Positions 57,964-64,000 of a DNA stretch of 64,000 nt are shown piece after piece. The position numbers and the translations under genes are program-made. The notes under the pieces are model-generated. The model was not told where the DNA came from and searched no databases. It worked only from the letters and a program-made list of their open reading frames with translations. The stretch spans positions 68,992 through 132,991 of the forward strand of contig CALRAL010000001.1 of the NCBI GenBank assembly GCA_943350875.1. The letters run 5' to 3'. Source of the stretch: Candidatus Nomurabacteria bacterium (GTDB lineage Bacteria; Patescibacteriota; Minisyncoccia; Phycocordibacterales; UBA9973). The stretch's first letter is position 1, and every line of letters begins with the position of its first letter.

Positions 57964-59721
57964 ATGTATCAAGAAATATTACCTTACATTTTAATTCTAG
58001 GATCTCTGCCACTTTTTTATAAAGTATTAAAAGTTGTTTTACAAGGTAAATTTGGTGTTGACCTCATAGCCATAGTCGCCATTCTTGCATCTATTTGGGC
58101 AGGGCAATATTTTGCAGGAGTGGTTATTTTACTTATGCTCTCAGGGGGAGAAGCGTTAGAGGACTATGCAGAAAAAAGGGCAAAGAGAGAATTGACTCAA
58201 CTTTTAAATAAGGCACCAAATGTTGCACACATAAAAGACGGGAATGATAAATTAAGAAATGTAAAAGTTGAAGAAGTAAAAATTGGAGATATTTTAATTA
58301 TAAAGCCCGGAGAAGTAGTACCAGTAGATGGAGTAGTGACTAGTGGCATATCTGATTTAAATGAAGCAGTGATCACAGGGGAGAGTTTACCCGTGGAGAA
58401 AAAAGCTGGGTCATTGATTTTTAGCGGTTCGGTAAATGGAGAACATATTTTAGAAATTAGGACGATAAAAAATAGTGCTGACAGTAAATATCAAATAATT
58501 GTAAAATTGGTAAAAGAAGCACAAGAATCCAAATCCCCGGTGGTCAGGTTGGCTGATCGTTATGCTGTATTTTTTAATATTGCCACTTTTACATTAGCAA
58601 TTTTGACTTGGTTTTTATTTAAAGATCCTATTCGTGTTCTAGCCGTACTCGTTGTGGCTTCTCCTTGTCCTCTTATTCTAGCGACACCGATAGCGATGAT
58701 TTCAGGTATCAGTAAAGGAGCCAGTCGTGGAATAGTTATAAAAAATGGAAGCGCGTTAGAGAAATTAGGAGGAGTTAAAGGTTTAATATTTGATAAAACG
58801 GGTACACTAACACTTGGTATCCCAGAAGTTTCAAATATTATTTCTACTTCAGAATTAAAAGAAAATGAGATACTAAATATTTCTGCTTCAATGAATCAGC
58901 TTTCCTTACATATATTTGCTAGATCATTAGTAGAATATGCTCAAAGCAAATCCCTTGATTTGGATTATCCAGAAGGTTTTAAAGAAATCATTGGTGAAGG
59001 TGTGGAGGCTAAAATAAAAGATCGTCAATATTTTTTGGGTAAATTAAGTTTTATTTCTGAGCAGGGAATTAATTTTAAAGGTGATATAAAAGATAAATTT
59101 GAAACTTTTGAAGACGAAGGTAAAACAGCAATATATTTGAGTGACACAAAGAACTTGCTGGGCTATATAATCTTTTCAGATATTATAAGGCCAGAAACAA
59201 AGGCGATGTTTGCTTCATTAAAAGATCATGATGTATCTAGGTTAGTGATGTTGACTGGAGATAAAGAAATAGTAGCAAAAAATATTGCCCAAAGTTTGGG
59301 AATCAAAGAATATTATTCTGAACTATTACCTGAACAAAAAGTGGAATGGATAAAAAAGAATCAAGAAAGTTATGGGCCGATGGCGATGATTGGAGATGGA
59401 GTAAATGATGCTCCTGCGTTAGCTACTTCCAGTGTGGGTATAGCCATGGCGAGTCATGGTGCGACTGTGGCGTCAGAGACGGGGGATGTAGTTATCTTAG
59501 TGAATAACATAGAACGTGTACATGATGCATTGCATATTGCCCAAAGTGCTGTGCATCTTGCAAAACAAGGTATTTTTATTGGCATGGGCATCAGTATTGG
59601 TCTCATGATTTTTTCACTTTTTGGATATATTACCCCAATATTTGGGGCAATATTACAAGAGATTTTGGATGTGGGAATTATCTTAAATGCTCTCCGCCTT
59701 AATTTTGAAAAGATAAAATAA
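57964..59721 (+). CDS. Compact P-type cation-transporting ATPase (no N-terminal metal-binding domain)
   Basis: TGES actuator-like TGESLPV, phosphorylation site FDKTGTLT, hinge GDGVNDAPAL. Confidence 0.85.
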   Translation: MYQEILPYILILGSLPLFYKVLKVVLQGKFGVDLIAIVAILASIWAGQYFAGVVILLMLSGGEALEDYAEKRAKRELTQLLNKAPNVAHIKDGNDKLRNVKVEEVKIGDILIIKPGEVVPVDGVVTSGISDLNEAVITGESLPVEKKAGSLIFSGSVNGEHILEIRTIKNSADSKYQIIVKLVKEAQESKSPVVRLADRYAVFFNIATFTLAILTWFLFKDPIRVLAVLVVASPCPLILATPIAMISGISKGASRGIVIKNGSALEKLGGVKGLIFDKTGTLTLGIPEVSNIISTSELKENEILNISASMNQLSLHIFARSLVEYAQSKSLDLDYPEGFKEIIGEGVEAKIKDRQYFLGKLSFISEQGINFKGDIKDKFETFEDEGKTAIYLSDTKNLLGYIIFSDIIRPETKAMFASLKDHDVSRLVMLTGDKEIVAKNIAQSLGIKEYYSELLPEQKVEWIKKNQESYGPMAMIGDGVNDAPALATSSVGIAMASHGATVASETGDVVILVNNIERVHDALHIAQSAVHLAKQGIFIGMGISIGLMIFSLFGYITPIFGAILQEILDVGIILNALRLNFEKIK

Positions 59722-59744
59722 GGTAATTTTGTTATAATAAACTT

Positions 59745-61469
59745 ATGCAATCTGAGCCTAGAGTTTGTCAAAATTGTAAAAAAGAATTCACAATCGAATC
59801 AGACGATTTTGGATTTTATGAGAAAATAAAAGTTCCTCCACCGACTTTTTGTCCAAATTGTAGAGCTCAACGTCGAAATGCTTGGAGGAATACTTTTACT
59901 TTATATTCTCGAAAATGTGATTTGTGTGCAAAATCAGTCATTTCTCTTTATGCTCCAGATTCTGAAATAATAGTTTATTGTAATAAATGTTGGTGGAGTG
60001 ATAAGTGGGATCCAAAATCTTATGCTCAAGATTATGACTTTTCTAAACCATTTTTTGCGCAATTTATAGATTTTGTTAAAAAAGTTCCACACATTTCAGT
60101 AGTCAATGATAACGGGATTGCTAGTTTGAACTGTGAATATACCCATGATTGGTGGTTTTCAAAGAACTGCTATATGGCATTTTCTGGCTGGTATGTGGAG
60201 AATGTTATGTATAGTTATTTTATAACTGCTGGTAGAAATATTATGGATACTATGATCAATATGGCTGAATCAGAATACTTATATGAATGTATAAATTGTT
60301 CGCATGGTTATAATGTTAAATATTCACAATATGCTGGAGCTTGTATTGATTCTCAATTTCTTTATGATTGTCGAGACTGCTCAAATTGTTTTATGTCTTT
60401 TGGACTTAGAAATAAAAAATATTTTTTTAAAAATCAGCAATATACGAAAGGAGAGTATGAAAAAATATTAAATAGTTATAAACTTGAAACTTTTTCTGGT
60501 GTAAAAAAAGCGCAAGAAGAATTTGATAAACTCATTTTAAATTATCCTCGTAGGTATGCTTGGCATAAACAAAATAAAGATTGTTCTGGTGATGTGATTT
60601 CTTATAGCAAAAATACTAAAAACTGTTTCATTGCTAAAAGATGTGAGAATTGTAGATATTCAGAATATCCCACTAAGGACAAGGATTGTTATGATATAAC
60701 GATGACTGGTGAAACATCTGAATGTTATGAAGGAGTTGTTGTGGATCATTCGCAGTTAAACTTTTTTGGAATTTTCTCTGTTAAAAGTCAGGATATAAGA
60801 TATACGCAACATTGTCACTTTTCAAAACATCTTTTTGGTTGTGTTGCGCTTCGTAGTAATAGTTATTGTATTTTCAATAAGCAATATACAAAAGAAGAAT
60901 ATGATACTTTAGTAAGAAAAATTATTGAGCAAATGAATGAAATGCCTTATGTGGATAAAAATGGTTGTGAATATCGTTATGGGGAATTTTATCCAATTGA
61001 ACTTTCTTTGTTTGGATATAATGAAACTCTTGCATGTGAACAGATTCTACTTTCAAAGGAAGAAGCTCTAAATAAAGGTTATAAGTGGCAAGACAATTTA
61101 CAACGAACAACTAAGAAAGAGACATTATTACCACAAAATATTCCAGATTCAATTAAAGATATTAGTGATAATGTCATACAAGAAATACTTAGTTGTGTTG
61201 AATGTAAAAGGAATTATAAAATTGTTCAAAATGAATTAATTTTTTATAAAAAAATGCAGATTTCTATTCCAAGGAAATGTTTTTATTGTCGTCATGCAAA
61301 TAGAATAAAACACACAAATCCTTTTAAACTTTGGCATCGATCTTGCATGTGCGACAAAACAAATCATGGGCATGAAGGAAATTGTCTAAACGAATTTGAA
61401 ACAAGCTATGCTCCAGAAAGACCTGAGATAGTTTATTGTGAAAAATGTTATCAGCAAGAGATTTATTAG
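59745..61469 (+). CDS. Large Cys-rich protein with tandem zinc-ribbon pairs at both termini (paralog 3 of 3)
   Basis: CQNCKKEFTIESDDFGFYEKIKVPPPTFCPNCRAQRR...LYSRKCDLC...VYCNKCWWSDKWDP. C-terminus CVECKRNYKIVQNELIFYKKMQISIPRKCFYCR...YAPERPEIVYCEKCYQQEIY. Confidence 0.8.
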   Translation: MQSEPRVCQNCKKEFTIESDDFGFYEKIKVPPPTFCPNCRAQRRNAWRNTFTLYSRKCDLCAKSVISLYAPDSEIIVYCNKCWWSDKWDPKSYAQDYDFSKPFFAQFIDFVKKVPHISVVNDNGIASLNCEYTHDWWFSKNCYMAFSGWYVENVMYSYFITAGRNIMDTMINMAESEYLYECINCSHGYNVKYSQYAGACIDSQFLYDCRDCSNCFMSFGLRNKKYFFKNQQYTKGEYEKILNSYKLETFSGVKKAQEEFDKLILNYPRRYAWHKQNKDCSGDVISYSKNTKNCFIAKRCENCRYSEYPTKDKDCYDITMTGETSECYEGVVVDHSQLNFFGIFSVKSQDIRYTQHCHFSKHLFGCVALRSNSYCIFNKQYTKEEYDTLVRKIIEQMNEMPYVDKNGCEYRYGEFYPIELSLFGYNETLACEQILLSKEEALNKGYKWQDNLQRTTKKETLLPQNIPDSIKDISDNVIQEILSCVECKRNYKIVQNELIFYKKMQISIPRKCFYCRHANRIKHTNPFKLWHRSCMCDKTNHGHEGNCLNEFETSYAPERPEIVYCEKCYQQEIY

Positions 61470-61520
61470 CATTTGGTTAGTTTATTAGCAAAATATTGGA
61501 TTTTATTGTAAAATATAGCT

Positions 61521-63581
61521 ATGGAACTTCCAGAATTACCCCCAAATAAAGACCTTACATATATTGGCCAAACGACTTTTAGGGATAAAAATACACTTTT
61601 TGGTATAAAGCGTAAAGACAGGCGTCAGCATGTGTATATCTTGGGTAAGTCAGGTACCGGTAAATCGGCGCTGATGTTTAATATGATTATCCAAAATATC
61701 CAGAATGGCGATGGTGTTTGTATGGTGGATCCGCACGGGGAGAATGTCGAAGCTATTTTATCTGCTATTCCTCCACACAGAATGAAAGATGTAGTTTATT
61801 TTAATCCAGCGGACACTGATTTTCATATTGGTTTCAATGTGCTCGAACTCATTGATCCAAAATATAAACATTTAGTGGCGTCAGGACTGATGGGAATATT
61901 TACCAAGATTTGGGCCAATGCATGGAGTGCTCGAATGGAATACATTTTAAATAATACTATCTTGGCACTACTAGATACTCCAGGGTCCACGCTTCTAGGT
62001 ATCCCTCGTATGTTAGTGGATAAAGATTATCGTCAGAAAATAATTTCAAATTTAAAAGACCCTGTTATTAAAGCTTTTTGGGTGCATGAATATGAAGCAT
62101 GGCAGGAGAAATTCAGGAATGAAGCTATCGCACCGATTCAAAATAAAGTCGGACAATTCCTTTCTACTTCTATCATCAGAAATATTGTCGGGCAAGCAAA
62201 AAGCACGATAGATATTTTTAATATTATGAATGAAGGGAAGATTTTCTTGGTAAACGTTTCTAAAGGACGTATCGGGGAGGACAATTCTTCTCTCTTAGGA
62301 GGAATGATTATTACTAAGATTCAGCTAGCTGCTATGGAGCGCGTGCGTATTTCAGAAGAGAATAGGAAAGATTTTTATCTATATGTCGATGAATTTCAAA
62401 ACTTTGTGACTGAAGCTTTTGCTGGGATTTTGTCTGAAGCTAGAAAATACAGGTTGAATTTAACTGTAGCGCATCAATACACGGCGCAACTGGTGGTGGA
62501 TAAAAACTCAAGTGTCAGGGATGCTATTTTCGGTAACGTGGGTACAATGATTGTTTTTAGAGTGGGTGCAGATGATGCTAAATTTTTAGAAAAAGAGTTT
62601 GAGCCGGAATTTATTCCTCAAGACATAGTGAACTTGCCAAATTTCCGTATTTATTTAAAGTTGATGATAGATGGTACTACTTCTAGACCATTTTCTGCCA
62701 AGACTTTGCCTCCAATGGTGAAATCTGGTAATAAACAAGTAGAAGACGAAGTGATCAGATCTTCTAGGAATTTATATTGCAAGCCAAAGGAAGTGGTAGA
62801 GAGAGAAATAAATAATTGGAGTGGCATGTCCTTGGGTAATGAAAATGATCCAGGTAGTATGGAAAAATTCGAAGCAGTTTGTTCTATTTGCAAGAAAAAC
62901 ACAACAGTTCCATTTAAACCAGAGCCAGGTAGACCTGTGTATTGTAGAGACTGTATAGCAAAGATGAAATCAGGAGAATTACAACCAGTAAAGGGTTCAA
63001 TGAATCAGATAAAATATGATGAATCAAAATTCTTCAAACCCTTGGCAGATTTAGGAATCGAATTTGAAAATAAAGAAGTGCAAAATAATTTGCAACCACA
63101 AAAACCTCAGAAAACCGGTATATTTTCTTCTATTAAAAAAGTTTTTCAAAAGCCATCTTTACACCCCCATAGTTCTTTTAAAGAAAAAACAGCTATTTTG
63201 GCTCAAACTAATCAGATAAAAGCTTCGCCCGTAGGTCTACAGCCGAGGGAAATTCCAAAAGAAAATCTAACTTTGAAAGAAATTTTAAATAAAACTTTAG
63301 CTGAAAAAGAGAAAGTTGTTCCAACTCCTATTTCTTTGAGTGAATTAAAACCCAAAATAGAACCAATAATACCAAATCATACTTCGAACGATCGCTCTGC
63401 GAGCCCAGAAGAGATGGATAAATTAAAAAATCTTATTTCTACTACAAAAGTAGAGGAAGTAAAGAAAGAACCTGCCCGCAATGCTTCGCAAAGCGATGCA
63501 GGCGGGGAAATCAAAGAAGAATCTCAAAAACAGTTGGTTAAAGAAGTGCCAGAAGATGTCTTAAAAAAGATTTTAGAGTAA
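61521..63581 (+). CDS. FtsK/HerA/TraD(VirD4)-superfamily P-loop ATPase (soluble) with C-terminal zinc ribbon
   Basis: Walker A ILGKSGTGKSALMFNMI, Walker B FYLYVDEFQNF, then ARKYRLNLTVAHQY. C-terminal CSICKK...PEPGRPVYCRDC. Family A repeat-encoded segment EPARNASQSDAGGEI near the C-terminus. Confidence 0.65.
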   Translation: MELPELPPNKDLTYIGQTTFRDKNTLFGIKRKDRRQHVYILGKSGTGKSALMFNMIIQNIQNGDGVCMVDPHGENVEAILSAIPPHRMKDVVYFNPADTDFHIGFNVLELIDPKYKHLVASGLMGIFTKIWANAWSARMEYILNNTILALLDTPGSTLLGIPRMLVDKDYRQKIISNLKDPVIKAFWVHEYEAWQEKFRNEAIAPIQNKVGQFLSTSIIRNIVGQAKSTIDIFNIMNEGKIFLVNVSKGRIGEDNSSLLGGMIITKIQLAAMERVRISEENRKDFYLYVDEFQNFVTEAFAGILSEARKYRLNLTVAHQYTAQLVVDKNSSVRDAIFGNVGTMIVFRVGADDAKFLEKEFEPEFIPQDIVNLPNFRIYLKLMIDGTTSRPFSAKTLPPMVKSGNKQVEDEVIRSSRNLYCKPKEVVEREINNWSGMSLGNENDPGSMEKFEAVCSICKKNTTVPFKPEPGRPVYCRDCIAKMKSGELQPVKGSMNQIKYDESKFFKPLADLGIEFENKEVQNNLQPQKPQKTGIFSSIKKVFQKPSLHPHSSFKEKTAILAQTNQIKASPVGLQPREIPKENLTLKEILNKTLAEKEKVVPTPISLSELKPKIEPIIPNHTSNDRSASPEEMDKLKNLISTTKVEEVKKEPARNASQSDAGGEIKEESQKQLVKEVPEDVLKKILE
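63471..63506 (+). repeat. Family A GC-rich palindromic element (shortened variant) inside the ATPase C-terminal region
   Basis: cctgcccgcaatgcttcgcaaagcgatgcaggcggg. Confidence 0.75.
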
Positions 63582-63584
63582 CCC

Positions 63585-63614
63585 ATACGGAGGGGTTGCC
63601 TCCGTATTTAAATT
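63585..63614 (+). terminator. Rho-independent terminator
   Basis: ATACGGAGG-ggttg-CCTCCGTAT followed by ttaaatt. Confidence 0.7.
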
Positions 63615-63750
63615 ATGGAATTAAAAATAAAAAAACTTAATAAAATAACAAAAATCAATGAAATCTCAAAAAGTTTTGATTTTTTAAATAATGAGCCAGA
63701 GATTTATTCAAATAAAGATATAAAAGTTAGATATATTCAAAGTAAAAAAT

Positions 63751-64000
63751 ATGACCAATAAGTCTTCAAATTCAAATTTACACAAAGCAAACAAGGCAAA
63801 GAAAGATGAGTTTTATACTCAACTTATTGATATTGAAAAAGAGCTAAAACATTACAAGGAACAATTTAGAGGTAAGGTTGTGTATTGTAATTGTGACGAT
63901 CCTTTTGAAAGTAATTTTTTCAAATATTTTGCCTCAAATTTTAATGCCTTAAAATTGAAAAGGCTTATCGCCACAAGTTACAAACCATCACCGATTGCCA
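63751..64000 (+). CDS. Putative adenine-specific DNA methyltransferase, N-terminal fragment (runs off the window)
   Basis: KKDEFYTQLIDIEKELKHY...VVYCNCDDPFESNFFKYF resembles EcoRI-methylase-like N-termini as I remember them; from memory only. Confidence 0.4.
   Translation, partial: MTNKSSNSNLHKANKAKKDEFYTQLIDIEKELKHYKEQFRGKVVYCNCDDPFESNFFKYFASNFNALKLKRLIATSYKPSPIA

Noticed and set aside
1-64000. CRISPR array
   Set aside because: The repeated palindromic sequences are dispersed (kilobases apart), differ among families and are not in regularly spaced arrays. No cas-like genes were seen.

Overview
This is a low-GC (~30-33% by eye), gene-dense bacterial segment with a reduced-genome flavour: compact IF-2 (508 aa), compact AlaRS (548 aa), short GyrA, and few or no Shine-Dalgarno sequences. 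These traits are typical of Candidate Phyla Radiation / Patescibacteria-like organisms, but that assignment is an inference, not a database hit. Nearly all genes are on the + strand and are housekeeping. They include secA (5' partial), murE/murD/murC, gyrA, rbfA-infB (- strand), clpB, typA/bipA, mltG, mnmA, alaS, and an infA-rpmJ-rpsM-rpsK-rpsD-rpoA-rplQ-rplM-rpsI ribosomal block. After that come grpE, cutA, dnaK and a P-type ATPase. There are five tRNAs: Leu-TAG, Lys-CTT, Cys-GCA, Leu-TAA and Tyr-GTA.

The non-ordinary content, in rough order of interest:
- Three large paralogous Cys-rich proteins (557/571/574 aa) are each bracketed by tandem zinc-ribbon modules at both termini. Each sits directly downstream of a conserved gene. 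One lies next to a FtsK/HerA/TraD-superfamily ATPase that carries the same terminal zinc-ribbon motif. I cannot place this family and consider it the best candidate for an undescribed system.
- Several families of GC-rich palindromic elements are scattered through the window. Some are inserted in frame inside essential genes (murE, murD, grpE, mnmA, a wHTH regulator and the ATPase). This resembles Rickettsia palindromic elements.
- An IS200/IS605-family (RAYT-like) Y1 HUH transposase is flanked by inverted 23-nt hairpin palindromes (17148-17814).
- Four small VirB2/TrbC-like two-helix pilin-type genes lie in tandem with a fifth fused copy, next to an N/Y-rich TIG-like surface protein.
- A recurring two-hairpin plus 'TTCGTTCGTTAAAAATCA-ATG' leader motif appears.
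- A NUDIX hydrolase pseudogene is broken by two frameshifts at repeat tracts.
- Conserved promoter/operator-like motifs lie next to two paralogous PaaX-like regulators. Perfect palindromes overlap the dnaK and grpE promoters, and no canonical CIRCE was found.

I saw no CRISPR array and no rRNA.
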